Of a stretch of 64,000 nt of DNA, positions 1 to 13,639 are shown piece after piece. Numbering within the stretch: position 1 is the stretch's first letter; the number at the start of each line of letters is the position of its first letter. A program made the translations under genes and the position numbers. The DNA is taken from positions 10,416,001 through 10,480,000 of the forward strand of contig CM022674.1 of NCBI GenBank assembly GCA_012295275.1. Reading direction: 5' to 3'. The notes under the pieces are model-generated. The model was not told the DNA's origin. It ran no database searches and was given only the letters and a program-made list of their open reading frames with translations. This DNA comes from Chrysomallon squamiferum. Its lineage: Eukaryota; Animalia; Mollusca.

Positions 1-251
1 TGTCATAATTAGATTTATCATTCTATTATATTATTGTTTAATTTTTTCTTATTGATATCATTTATTTTCTTAATTGATAGTAGTAATAATATTACTGTTA
101 TTCACTTATTGTTGCTGTTAATGTTAATGTTTATAATTAACATCATCATAATTATAATTATTATTATCATTATTTTTATTATTTTTATCATCATTATTAT
201 TATTATTACCAGTATTAATAATAGTACATTAACTGTACTTATTTCTCATAG

Positions 252-3200
252 GATTTACAAAAATCAAAGTGTGCCACGAGGTAAAGCTGTAATAATCAAC
301 AATTACAACTTCAAGGTTGCGAGACATAATAACATAAAGTTAGAAGATAGAGACGGCACAGGAAAAGACCAATATTCCCTGGACAAGTTGTTTGATCAAT
401 TGCATTATGATGTAGAAATCTTTGAAGATTTATCTCGAAAGGTATGTTTTTTAAGCAAACTCTATCCTGCATGAATATGAAATAATTCTATACATTTTAT
501 TTCTAAACAGTTATTTTACTGCAATGATTTTCATAGTTTTATTCTTAATTTTTTTTAAAGATAAGAATAAAATATTGTTTTTCATTTTTATAGTTTGTTT
601 GTATCATTAGTTTTCTCTAATGTGTTCTAATTTCACTAATTTAATTAAAATGTATATCATATACTGCAGTAAGTCTTTATTTTACACAGTTTTTATTTCA
701 TATTAATTAAGGTTTTTTTCATATAATTTTATTTAGAAACTTTTAGATACGATTCAAGCCATTGCTCAAAAAGATCACAGTGCCTATGACAGTTTTGTTT
801 TTGTTATTCTGACCCATGGAGAGAAAGATAATATTTATGGAGTAGATGGAGAATGTCTACCAATCAGTTCAATCATATCTTCTTTTAATGGGTCAAACTG
901 TCCAACCCTGGTAGGAAAGCCCAAACTGTTCTTCTTCCAGGCTTGTCAAGGAGGTAAGCAAAGTTTTGGTTACAGATATTTATATCTTGCAGTAAATAAA
1001 CTTTATCAATGAGTGCATCATACTTCTTTCTGTTCTATTCTTTAGGAACTGTTTACATTTATTTTTTTTATATTTTGGTATGGCTACAATCTTTAGATCC
1101 TGCAGTTATCTTTTTTAATCAAAATTGGCAAGGTTACAACTTTTCATTTTACTGGGCGATTTAAAATGGAATGACCCCAAAATATTCATATCATTATTTT
1201 TTTTTATATAACATGTTTGAGATGTAACCATAAAATTGTTTCTTTTTAAATATTTCTTAATAAATCTTTTGTTGGTAATGAAGGTAATACAAAAAGTAGA
1301 TCTAGCTTATAAGTCTGTTTTATATGTGACTTGTATGATCTTTTGAATGCAACATACTGTGGGCAGTTTTGAATGTGACATGTAACATGTTTTGAAGATG
1401 ACATGTAACATGTTTTGAAACTGACATGTAACATGTTTTGAAATTGACATGTAACATGTTTTGAAGGTGATTTGTACATCTTTTGAAGGTGACTTGTACA
1501 TCTTTTGAAGGTGACTTGCACTGTTTTGAAGGAGACATGTACCATGTTTTGAAGGTGACATGTACCATGTTTTGAAGGTGACATGTACCATGTTCTGAAG
1601 GTGACATGTACCATGTTTTGAATGTGACTTGTACCATATTTTGAAGGTGATATATACCATATGACTTGTAACATGATTTGAAGGTGGCTTGTACCTTGTT
1701 TTGAATGAGACTTGTACCATGTTTTGAATGTGACTTGTACCATGTTTTGAATGTGATTTTAACAAATGTTAGTTTTGGCCCTCAGATTATTTTTAACAAA
1801 ACAGTGTATAAGACCTTTTTCTTGAACAGTGGCAGGTATAATGAAGTTTGTATTAAACTTTTTCACATTAGTCCAGTTATTTGGTTGGTTTAAAGGACTC
1901 TCCAGTTCTTATTAATACAATATGTTGATGATGTAACAGAGTTTTTGGTAAGCAGTCATTTTTCTTATAAAAGAATATTTTAATAATATTACTAGAATGG
2001 AGTTTTTTAGATTCCATCCAAAAATAATGCCAAAACATTTTTTCTTTAAAATAAACCAGCTTAATTGAGTAGAGATGTGTTTCAGTGCAGCCTTGAACAT
2101 ACTTTTTATAATTAATATGTTAGATTTATTTGAAGTAGTTGTCTCTGTTAGGATGTACTAATTAAATACATTTTCTGCATTGTACCAGTATTAAGTTATG
2201 TTACTGTTGTTTTATATTTTTTCATTCATCTATTTTAAACAGCGAAAGATTTTTCTACGTGCATTTCAGTCTTAATATACTAAACAAATTCTGTTTTGCA
2301 GACTCCAAGGATTCTGGTGTGCCACTTCAAGCAGCACCACAGCTAAGTGGTAGACCAGATCATTATGAACTGTCTTTGAAGAAAATGAAACAAATGAAAA
2401 TGCCTAGCTCTGATGAAACAAGATCAGATTGCAAAAAGGAAGATACAGTACCCAGTGAAGGAGATATTTTCATTGCATCTGCAACTATTCCAGGTTAGTC
2501 TCGATAGCCATATAATTTTCTAGAAAAGATAGCACCAGATAAATTGTGGAAGGGCACTAGCAAGTTAATCTTTTTACAAGGACTCCTTTAACACAGATGC
2601 ACAGACTGAACAGACAGATGTGGAACAGAAAGGACATTTCATTACCTTTAACTGAAGTATTTTTTCAACACTTATTACACAAAGTAGTAAGACCCTACTA
2701 AATATGTATCTAATACTATATTTTAAATAACAACAAGCAGATATAAACAGGTTCAGTATAAATACTGATATTTGTAAGACCAGGAATTTATATATTTATT
2801 GGTTTTATTTCCAGATTATTTGTCTTGGAGAAACACCAAGAAAGGAACCTGGTTTATTCAGGCAGTAGTTTATGTGTTTCAAAACTTTGCTTACAAGAAT
2901 AATCTGAATGATTTGATGACCAAGGTATGTAAATTTTCACCATGCATTTTTTTGCAACAATTCTTTAGATCTGATACAATACTTTGTCAGGTGCCATTGT
3001 AATGAGAACCAAATTAGCTGATTTTATAAAATTTGAAGAAGAAATAAATTCTGAAGGCAACATCAAAAAGAAAATTATTATTATTATTATTTTTTTTATT
3101 CGTGATAGATCTTAGTTTATAAAAGAGATCATAGACCTCTAGTTATTCAATGTTTCATTCATTTACAGATTTCATTTCATATAATTTTATTTTATTTTTG

Positions 3201-3464
3201 GTATATATTTTTTTATCTATACTGTTAATAAGAGTATATTAAATTATTTCTTTTAGTAAATCTATGTTAACCTTAATCAACTGTTTTAACTTTGTTTATG
3301 TATTCTTGATTAAGGTTAATGGACTGGTTAACCGAGGCTCTACAGATGAAGGCTACAGACAGGTGTCAACTTTCCAGTCACGATTTCATAAATCTTTCTA
3401 CTTCTTCCCTGGATTGTCACAAACATCATCGTCTGGCCAAATCCACTGTCATCCAACAAACTGA
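252..3464 (+). CDS. Caspase paralog 1, last five coding exons (252-441, 737-953, 2302-2493, 2815-2924, 3315-3464); N-terminal exons lie upstream of the window
   Basis: GT-AG exons with consistent phases give PRGKAVIINN, DRDGTGKD, FVFVILTHG (catalytic His), GKPKLFFFQACQG (catalytic Cys), PSEGDIFIASATIP, SWRNTKKGTWFIQ, RFHKSFYFFP and stop TGA at 3462-3464. Confidence 0.9.
1320..1760. repeat. 21-22 bp minisatellite (ttttgaaggtgacatgtaccatg-like) in the intron after the QACQG exon
   Basis: About 20 directly visible tandem units; explains the three overlapping minus-strand ORFs at 1246-1765. Confidence 0.92.
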
Positions 3465-3532
3465 AAACTTTGTAAGCAGGGATGAAAATACAGAAACCAC
3501 AATTATGTCATGACTATTACTGAAACAATAGA

Positions 3533-4076
3533 CAGTGGTATCTTGACTTATGAGTTTAATAATTTGTTTCCTGACCAAATTAGCTCATATGTCAAATCAC
3601 TTTCCTCAACTGAAATTAATTGAACTACCATTAATCTGTTCCAGCCCCCAAAAAACCACCCCAGTATTTTGTAACATGTTTGTAAATGACAAATATTGTA
3701 TAAAAAAAAAAAAAAAAAAAGAATAATAAAAAAGAATGTAAAGAAATAAATTGGTTTTGTAAAGTCTGTTTATCTTGGATATCAGACAACTTGGCCTAAT
3801 TGAAAACGCCTAGGATCCATTGTCAGAACATGTCCTTTTTGGCAAAATGCTGAACAAAACACAAGCACAGCACAGCAGATGCTTCCACGTAGTTTGTACC
3901 TGAAGTAAATGATACGGGATGCTTGGATGTTGTGTTGTTTATTGCGCCAACTGGTGGCAGCTTATCTGAAGCTGTTAGTAATTGGATTTTGGGTTGTTCA
4001 AATAATAAAAATCAATGATTGCTGATAACTGGGAAAACTTGTAAGTTGGTGCACTCATAAGATCAAGTTACCACTG
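3533..4076. mobile_element. Non-autonomous DNA transposon (MITE, pogo/Tigger-like ends) just 3' of caspase 1
   Basis: Left end cagtggtatcttgacttatgag and right end ctcataagatcaagttaccactg form an imperfect ~22 bp TIR; TA follows the right end; same element at 22617-23137. Confidence 0.65.
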
Positions 4077-6413
4077 TATATGTAATTACATAGAAAAAAT
4101 AACCAATTTAACTAACAACTTGATATTGGTAATTTTCTTTTCGAAATGAAATGACAAACAACAGAACACACATTCACACTCAGGTACACATGTTTATATT
4201 AAATCACTGACAGAGCAATTACAAGAAACTTTTATTACTGATTAGTAATTTAGGCTACTTGGAAACATTGTCAAATTCATCATGAGCTCAGTAATTTTAA
4301 TTTTGTAATTATTCCAGTGTTACTATGAGTAATTTTGTTATAATTAAGGTTTTAATAGTTACTAATAGTAATAATAATTAATTCAAAATAGGTTTCAATC
4401 CATGTTCATTGTAAATGTTTTAAGATTTTATGTCAATAACATTATCTAAAATTGACATTTTATGCAAATGATACTGAGATTGTACAATTTTATTTTTTCT
4501 TCTTCTTCTTTGTATTTTTTGGCAGTTTAATTTTATTGTTACAAACCTACTAACATGCAGAATGTATTTTTGAACTGAAAGTTGTGTGATAGAATAGTGT
4601 TTCTTTAACATATTTTTTTATCATTATTTTTTTTTTTTTTTTTTTTCTTTGTTTAAAACTAATCATGCCTTACAAAATAAATAATCCTTCATATTACATA
4701 TTTGCACATCAACAAACACAGAATACCAAAAACAGGCAGACAGTTGTTGGGACATATTCAATATCTATATTTTAATTGTTTCTGTGTGACACTTTTTCAA
4801 ATGCTGTTACATTTTCTCTGTTTAACAATAAGAATTGTTAGTTTATTTCTTTTTCTTTTTCACATTTACATTTTCAATTTGTCATTCAGTTTGGCTTAGA
4901 ATATATTCAATATGCGTATGTGACATAAAAAAAGAAGAAAAAAGTAAAGCTGGTATAAATGCTAATTAATTGATTTTAAGTTATTTTTGTTTCTTTGTTA
5001 TTTTATAAAGTTTTTTTTTTGTTGTTGTATTTTTTTTATTATTATTATTTTTTTCAATTTATATGTTTATATAAAATTCTTTTGAATTGTGTGATTTTTG
5101 GCCCTCAGAAGTATGGAGTATAAAAAATAGATTTAATGTTTACCCATCACTGGTACCTTTTACATATAAATAAATAACATTTGGAAAATAATTATTTGTT
5201 TTCATTTCTCTTTAATCTGCAGCCTATTTGATGCTTTTGTAATTAGCCATAAAAATATACTGTAAATATTTACTTATTTTATATTACTTTAGAAACATGA
5301 AATGTTTGATAATAATACATATACTTCTGCTTAACAAAATAAAATATTTATAACATATGTCACTTCTTTTCTTGTTTTCTTTTTATACTTAATGTAAATA
5401 TAATCCTCTAAAAATAATTATGAGGTAGAAGTATTTGTCCTTTGTCTGCAGAAACAAAAGAACAAAAATCAACAAACTGTTGACAAAGACTGTTTGTAAA
5501 TTTTCAGGTATGTTATGATATTTTATAAATGTGCTATTTGGAAAGTCTGAGGTATTAATTATAATATAACTCATCTTTTAACAAGATCTGATCCATCTTT
5601 TCACTCCAAGTATCCACATTAGTGAATCATCCTCTGTATTCTAAGTGGTTCGCTGAGTAGTCTGGTATCAGAGAACAGTGTCAGCAACCTAATTCTTGTG
5701 TGAGCCTTTCTTAACAAAGAAGTGTGAACATTATGTCAAATATTTATTTCTCAGTGTTCACTGTAATAGAATAATCGTACCAGTGGGATGATTTCATCAT
5801 CTTCCAGTCAGCCATGATTCACATATCGTGGAAAAGTTTCTATCTGAGTCACCTGTAGTATCAGCGATCAGAAAGGTATCATATTACTTTTAATGTTAAC
5901 AAAATATTCAGACAAGTTACAAAGTTTCATAATAATACATATGTTATTATCTAGGTAATTTAAAAATGTAAACCTTTCACGGTACTCTGTTACATCAGCT
6001 TTTCTGTTACACAGTAATAACCGAGGTCAAGAATACTGTACTGTTTTATTGTGTATGTTTATATTATCTGTTATATTGGTAGCTGTCCTGTAAACGATTT
6101 CAGTTGTGACAGTCCTGTCCATAAAGATGTTAACCAAGCATGATGTTTTCACTTTTATTTTTCAACACAGATTCTCATTCCTCTGTAAGGGAAACAACAA
6201 TAAATTAAAGGATATTTAGAGAACAATAGGGAGGAGCAGAAATGTTACTGTTAACCCTTGTTTGACAAAGTATTCAATGTTGATCACTACTGGAAAAAAA
6301 AAATATATATATATATATTAAATAAAAACAAGAAAACCCAAAAGCTTATTGAGAACAATAATAATAAATTGCAATAACTCTCTCCTGCACAAAATTAACT
6401 GCTTTAATATCAG

Positions 6414-6637
6414 CAGGGTGTCTACAAAGTCTGGATACATAAGTAAAATAAATATGTTGTCTATTAGGGTGTCTAAGGTTGAATTCTTCTGGAACTTTGT
6501 GTTAAGACCATCCTTCTCGTCCACTTAAAAGTACCAACTCGATTCTTTCTTCTTTAGACAGAGCCATCATTCGATCTGGGTAAGAAAAATAAATAACAGT
6601 AAAATTCCCCATATACCCAGACTTTGTGGACACCCTG
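6414..6637. mobile_element. ~224 bp MITE (Tc1/mariner-like TIRs)
   Basis: cagggtgtctacaaagtctgga at 6414 is the near-perfect inverse of cccagactttgtggacaccctg ending 6637; TA on the right flank only. Confidence 0.65.
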
Positions 6638-6756
6638 TATGATAGATGATAATGTGATTATCACTGCTCTGAGTAACCTTTTCCAAATATCAAAAAAACA
6701 AAAAATGTAAACCCAGAAAGATTTTCTTTTGTTTTTATATTAACTTTATTTTGTTA

Positions 6757-6794
<38 letters not shown>

Positions 6795-7941
6795 TTACTT
6801 TATGCTCTTTCCTGACATCTCAGTTAATTTAGTAATTTATATAAAATTAACAACAACAAAAAAAATTATCGTTATGTTTATTTATTTACCATTTTAGGTT
6901 TTATTTATACTTTGTTGTTATTTTTATTAATTTTGACAGACTCTTAAGACCGACCATTTGCCGAAATGTATTATTAAATTTAGGCAGAAAACTAATAATA
7001 TAAACTGAAACTTAGCACCACCCTTTTCTGAGTGTGCCTGAAGTAGACGTGCTTCACAACAGTTCGCTCTGATTAGCACGTTAATTTTCATTCTGTCTCT
7101 CTACCATTTATTCTTCTGTAGTTTGGTAAGAGGGGTTGACTGTAACGGGGCAGGTTACTAGGTTTTCTTTATTTCCTTATTAATCATTTGCTACATTTAG
7201 TTAGTGCGTGTATGTGTGCGTATCTGTGTGTGTGTGTTATAAAGACATCAAACTGTATTCTAAATGCTAATAAAATAATGTAATCAAAACAGTTTACTTA
7301 AATGTAAATTGAACGAACAATCAAAACGTCATCGCGTTGAAGACCGATGTACTTTTCCCAATACAATACCTAGCATTTATTTAAACAAGATCAATTCAAA
7401 CAACAACTTACATGTGTGATAATGTGATTAAGAGACTGCGACAACGTTACTATAGTTACAAATGAAATAGTTTTGGGAATTAGACGTTTAATTATACCCG
7501 TTCCCTGTAACACACACACACACTAAATAGAGATATACGGAAGTAAACTTGAATTAAGATTTATATACTTGGAATGTTGTAATTATGAATGGAACGAATT
7601 TAAAACGGGCTTTTAATGGTGGTTATTTTAACATTCTCAAGTTGATAAAATCTTCTGGGGATACGATTTCATAATTCGTTGTTACACAACAATCAACGTG
7701 ACATTACCAAATTATTATTATTTTTAATTCTTCAGTTTAATGGGCATACATATTTTATTTATTTGCTCGAACTTCGTGTAATATAATCTCTTTCTTTCTT
7801 TTTCTTTTCTTTAATCAGTTGATTCAAGTTTTATTGAAAAATGGTGTATATAAAATTTGGTCGAAGGAATCGGGTAATGTTCTAAAAATAGCAACAGCTT
7901 AGTTAAAAGTAACGAAATGTACCAAAGTACACGAAGTATGC

Positions 7942-7953
7942 GATGACGTCATC
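7942..7953. promoter_or_regulatory. Palindromic CRE/ATF site in a locally CpG-richer promoter-like region
   Basis: gatgacgtcatc is a perfect 12 bp palindrome containing TGACGTCA; ETS-like cggaagt at 7538-7544; donor-like aag|gtatgg near 8026. Confidence 0.35.
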
Positions 7954-8662
7954 ACATTTTTCTAATCACATAGAAACATTGATATTGCTGAGAATTGGCG
8001 AGTGAATGTTTTTGTCTTAAAAAAAGGTATGGTTTTGTTTATTTTATTTTTTTTTTCTTCTTTTTTTTTTTTTTTTTTACTGTGAATGTAATAAAAAGTG
8101 TATAATCTGAAATAGATAATTTTAAAACTGTTTTCAGTTTAAATCTGTTTGAAGTATAAGGCTTATGTCTCACAAATAATTACCTAATTTTGTCTACGTA
8201 TGAAAATTTGTCAGCATTAACATCAATAAACTACTAATTTATCCTGATCATATCGCATAAGAAATCTGAATTATGCGATTTCGTAATTATATAATATTTT
8301 CTTACATTATTGCTGAAAGTTTAATGAAACAGTTGATTCATATATTTTACAGGATTTTGATAAAACAGAAAAATCGGCCATTCTGGATGTAATTTACGAT
8401 CTATCAAATTATGTTGCTCCGTCTTTTATTACACTGTGAATTAAACTGTGCAGTTTTAACTGCCTTAAAGTAAACACTACAAATTATAAACGAGAAACAA
8501 AATCTGTCAGAAATAGGGTCCATGAACAGATTACCTCCGTGAATAAAAGATGTCAAATTATATTTTAAAAATGCAAAAACTCACACTGAAAACTAATTTC
8601 TTTAGATTTGTGTTTTTATAATAATAATTGTTGTGACTATTACTATTTTGTTGTTAAAATAC

Positions 8663-8704
<42 letters not shown>

Positions 8705-9218
8705 GTTCTTGTTGTTGTTGTTGTTGTGTTTGTTGTTGTAGTTAATTTGGTTGTTACTAATTAAGTTGTTTTCTTTTTCTGAAACAGATGAAAATTGTCC
8801 TCATATTGGTTTACTTCATTCTTCCAGTAAAGATCTGTTTTTCAAAACGAATCAGAAAGGTATAAAAAAGATGAAACAGAACATTACAAGCACAAACACA
8901 CATACTCACACATATTCACACTTTAAATCTGTCACAGTACAGATCAGACGCCCACACACTTATATTAAATGAAGATGAAGATGATGGTTATCATTATCAT
9001 AATTGTGAAACTCTATTTATAGATACATATGGAAGAAAAGCACACCAAAGAGAGAAGAAATCTTGATTATATCAAGAAAGATAACTTTCTACAAAAACTG
9101 TTCAGACCAATCCTGGACTTAGATCCCAGTGTGCTGTTCAAACGAGGTAAAATTTGTATTTAACAGCACCATATTCTTGTTCATATCTTGATTAGTCTCT
9201 ACGTTTTCTTTGCAGTTT

Positions 9219-9288
<70 letters not shown>

Positions 9289-9662
9289 ACACATACATTT
9301 TTTTAGCCAACAAGAAACTACTAGATAGTTGCATTTAATATAAAATTCTGACAAATGTAAACTTACGTTGTGACAAATTAGAGATTATCAGTGAAACATC
9401 GATTTTTATAAATCAAAAACAATATTCCTGATAAGTGGTGACAGTGACACATATTGAGTATGGTGCTCATCTGTGACTGATAATTAGCCAGTTACTAAAA
9501 TTAATTACATAATAAAAATTGTTATCTGCAAACTGAAAATAAAACTGTAACATCTTCTACAGAAACAAGCTTCTGTTTTACAAAGGAAGGATATAACATA
9601 TTTACACATGAAAACAACAATTCCTTTCACTACGTGTATTTACTTCAATTTATTTATTACAG

Positions 9663-10681
9663 AAGCCAAGACAGCTAAACCTGGCACTGAACAGCCAGAA
9701 GATGGTATCAATGAGAAAGGATGTCAATGAAGCTAAACAACCTCTTAATCTCAATCTGGACTTGGATTTTAATTTCAAAACTTATCTTCCCATGGCTTCT
9801 GAGGATTGTGGTGATGGCCATAGTCAAAACACAGTCAGCTTAACGGACATTCTGAACCCCTCAGATATTTCAGTGCGGCCATTAGCCTTGACACTGACAG
9901 TCCACTGATATTCATAATCCTGTATCTGTCAATGGGTTTAACCCGACTGATGCATCTAACTCACCTGTTATCCAGATCTTGCTAGCCGGTCCGCCAGGAC
10001 AGAAGGACAAAGCCCTCCACCAAGAGAAAGTGGGGATACTGAAACACATCCTGTTGTGGTAATCAGTTCAAATCAACAGTTTCAAAATGATCTGGATGAT
10101 AGTCCTAAAGAACAGGATGATAGTAAGAAGGAAGTCGATGATAAGAAGGAGCAAGATAATAGCTAGAAGGAACAAGATAATAAAAAAGGAATAGGATGAT
10201 AGACAGAAGGATGTTAGTAACAAGAAAAGGACGATACTAAGAAGGAACAGGATGATAAATAGAAGGAACAGGATGATAGACAGAAAGAAAAGGATGATAA
10301 TAAGAAGGAATTGGATGAAATACAGAATGAAGAGGATGAAAGAGAGGAGGAGGAACTTTGTGAAATGGATAGCAGCTGGAGTAGACGGTGACAAAGGTAG
10401 TGACTAGAACGTAGTATTGTCAAAACATTCATGAAATACACTAAGTTGTGTTATCCATAAGGAAACTGTGTGGTGAAAAAAGTACTGCAAAGGATATGCC
10501 GAACCAGTTAAAAGGTATGTAAACATTTCATATTTCATATGATTTCTACATATTTTTATACTGAATCAGTTAGTGCTAGTATTCGTGATGTGTGTCATGA
10601 TACATAATGACTGAATAAAGTTAAATCTCAGTGACATTTCCTATGCTATTTTTGCTTTTACTTTATGTTAAAGGATGAGGC

Positions 10682-10758
<77 letters not shown>

Positions 10759-11333
10759 TACACATATTTGTATTATTAGTATTATCACTAATTTATTATT
10801 ATTATGATTATTATCAGGTATAAAGAGAAAGCTTGGAGGTTCTTTCTTCCTTAGATCTGTTCATGAAGATGGGCTGACAACTGATACCCAGCTCGTTGAT
10901 GGACCCACGTTATTTTAAAATGATGGAAGTGGCATCAAAGCACACAGAGAAATCAAAAATGACAATATGATCCTCACAGTTTCTGATGTAGAGAAAGAAA
11001 ACAAATCAAGCAAGAATGAATTTATTAATGATGTTAATTTATGTCTTACTGACCGTGAACATGTTGAACCTGACCTCAGTCAGTCAGACGGTGCAGCTAA
11101 ACCAAAGTAAAGAATTCAGAAGAAAATAGAAAATGTTGCTACACATAAAGATGAAGCATCTATTTATGACTCCCATCTGCTCAACATTGAAAGTCCTCAG
11201 TCAGATGGGAAATCTGATGCTGAATGGCTAATGAAAACCTCAGAAATAATTAAAGATGTTGATGAATTCAGTGACAATGAAGAAATAAAAGATCTTGGAT
11301 CAGGTATCAGCAAAATAGTAGCCAAGAATAAAA
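9663..11333 (+). pseudogene. Degraded exons of an acidic/Lys-rich repeat protein
   Basis: Acceptor before 9663, donor aaag|gtatgt at 10514, acceptor before 10818. 10090-10370 reads as KEQDD-type heptads (DDSPKEQDDSKKEVDDKKEQDNS*KEQD) with stops and frameshifts; downstream acidic reading IKDVDEFSDNEEIKD. Confidence 0.35.
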
Positions 11334-11396
11334 GTTTGTGTGATACCTACATTTTATGCTTGTTGTTTCTTTATTTTAATTATTTATATACTAGAG

Positions 11397-11480
11397 CAGT
11401 GGTTCTCAAACTTTTTGAAGTCGTGGCACATGTGAAGCCTTACAAAAAATTGCGGGCACACTACACACAAAATGCTAAGA
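11397..11480 (+). mobile_element. hAT/Charlie-like terminal fragment
   Basis: ctagag followed by cagtggttctcaaact resembles hAT-Charlie termini; no partner TIR found. Confidence 0.4.
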
Positions 11481-11659
11481 AATAAATGCAAAATGTAAAA
11501 AAATACAGAAATAACTGAAAGAAGGATTTTGCGGCTGAATCGGTTGCTGAGCAGGCTGCTGAGGTTGTCTATCCTCATTGTCTACATCTATGTCAGATTC
11601 TTCATCATTTCGCGTATAAACGGTTCTCGTCTGGAATCTGTACCGTTTGTTTTTCTGCT

Positions 11660-11900
11660 GTGAGAGATGTTCACTGATATATTTAGAGTTACCGCCCTTG
11701 TGTGAGAGATGTTCACTGATATATTTAGAGTTACCACCCTCTTGTGAGAGATGTTCACTGATATATTTAGAATTACCGCCCTTGTGTGAGATACTCACTG
11801 CTATATTTAGAGTTACCGCCCTTGTGTGAGATACTGTTATATTTAGAGTTTCCGCCCTTGTGTGAGAGATGTTCACTGATCTATTTAGAGTTACCTCCCA
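11660..11900. repeat. ~41 bp tandem repeat (tgtgagagatgttcactgatatatttagagttaccgccct), about 6 copies
   Basis: Directly visible tandem units. Confidence 0.9.
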
Positions 11901-13156
11901 TGTTTAAATGAGGAAACAATGGCTCTGTCGTCTTCTCTTGAGTTTTGTCAGCTGTGTTACGGCAGACGGCATTCACCATCTCTGGCAAGATTGTTGGAAA
12001 AATAAATAAATAAAACATGGTAATCTGTTTAAATATGGCACAATAAACCCTGTAAAGTAAATTAATAAATAAACATTTAAATTTCAACATATTTTAATAG
12101 TGAATATTTGCAGCATGGAGAAATTTACACTTAGCACAGTCATGTTAACAACAATTATTATTATCATTGTTACTACCATTATTAATATTATTATTATTAT
12201 TTATTTGAAGTAAAGCGATATTTGGCAAAAGATCTATAGACTAAAAGCGTCCTGGAAGTGAAAGAATTAATTATCTTTAGACATTTCTGACTCTGTATTT
12301 CTACAACTTTTAAAACGAGTTGATTTCACTTTAAAAAAAGCTTTAACACATGTGAAACAGAAAATCAATCAAGATGATATAAAAGTTCTTAATTAGGTTA
12401 CCAGATTAAACGTTTATTCCTTGTGTGAAAAGGGCAAAATATATAAATTAATAGTAATTGGCCTAGCCCATTTTTTTCATAATTATAAAATATAAGATAA
12501 TAATATTGTACTAAACTTTATAGACTACAGACTATACAAACCACATTTGCCATCGAATGTGTAAACTTATAAAAGTACAAACATGTGTTGCCTATTTCTG
12601 TCATAGCGGTATGTATTATAGTTACTGATAGCAGAACTATAAAATGAAAAATATAACCCATAATTAAAGGACTTTTAATAAATATTACGTTGTTCTATCT
12701 GTTCTACGTTAGTTTACATAAAACGGAAAACTAATAACAGATATTTTATAATACAAATGACAGTTAATTTTCTTAATTTCTTTTTTAAAAAGTTTGGAGT
12801 GAAAGTTCATATTTTTTGATAAACAGTTCGAATTTGTGAATGTAGTCGGACATGAACATAAAAATCTATATAAGCGAAGATTAAAATTCTTAACGGTCTA
12901 AGACTATCATCAGCTAATAAAAATGATAAAATATATATATATAATATTCTGTGATAAGGCCATGTTAATAAAAGATATACAAAAGAATCACTAAATGCGA
13001 ATTTAGTAACTTGTTTGATAACTACAATTATCATATCAGTATATGTTAGCTGTGACTGTATCTATCTGTCTTCTGTCCATGATTAGTGCGTGACTGGTGA
13101 TATAAACGTGTCGTAAATCACGAATTAGTTTTCACGTTACTAACTGCTTCCTTTTA

Positions 13157-13168
13157 GAAAGCGAAACT
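13157..13168 (+). promoter_or_regulatory. IRF-E/ISRE-type element upstream of caspase 2
   Basis: GAAAGCGAAACT matches GAAANNGAAACT; lies in a CpG-richer patch (13080-13390) about 2.4 kb before the caspase 2 ATG. Confidence 0.4.
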
Positions 13169-13464
13169 AGAATAGAGATGACTTACACCTGACATTTATA
13201 TATTTTGTAAGGTTCCTAGTCCTGTTTACCAGGTTTATTTATTTATTTATTTATTTCGCAGTAAATATACAGTTTAAATAGATAATATCAGTTATGTAAC
13301 ATTTTAAATTCTTAAAACGAAAAGTAAGACAGTCACCGAGTCAGTATATGTTTAAAATTGCGAATAATTTCCGGGAGGTGGAATGAAAAGGAATTTATCA
13401 CCAATCTATTTCGAAAGACATTTGTATGTTTTTGCTTGTTGATGTTTAAAATAATTATCATTAC

Positions 13465-13501
<37 letters not shown>

Positions 13502-13639
13502 ATTATTATTATTATTATTATTATTAAAAGGTATTTGTTTGGTATTTGGAGAGTTGCTTCTTCATATCTGTCTTTAGTCATACGATGTATGAAATATATC
13601 ATCATTTAAATAATAGCTATAAAAAACCACCAAAAAACC

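Noticed and set aside
1246-1765. Three overlapping minus-strand ORFs of 105-165 aa
   Set aside because: Translations of a 21-22 bp minisatellite inside a caspase intron.
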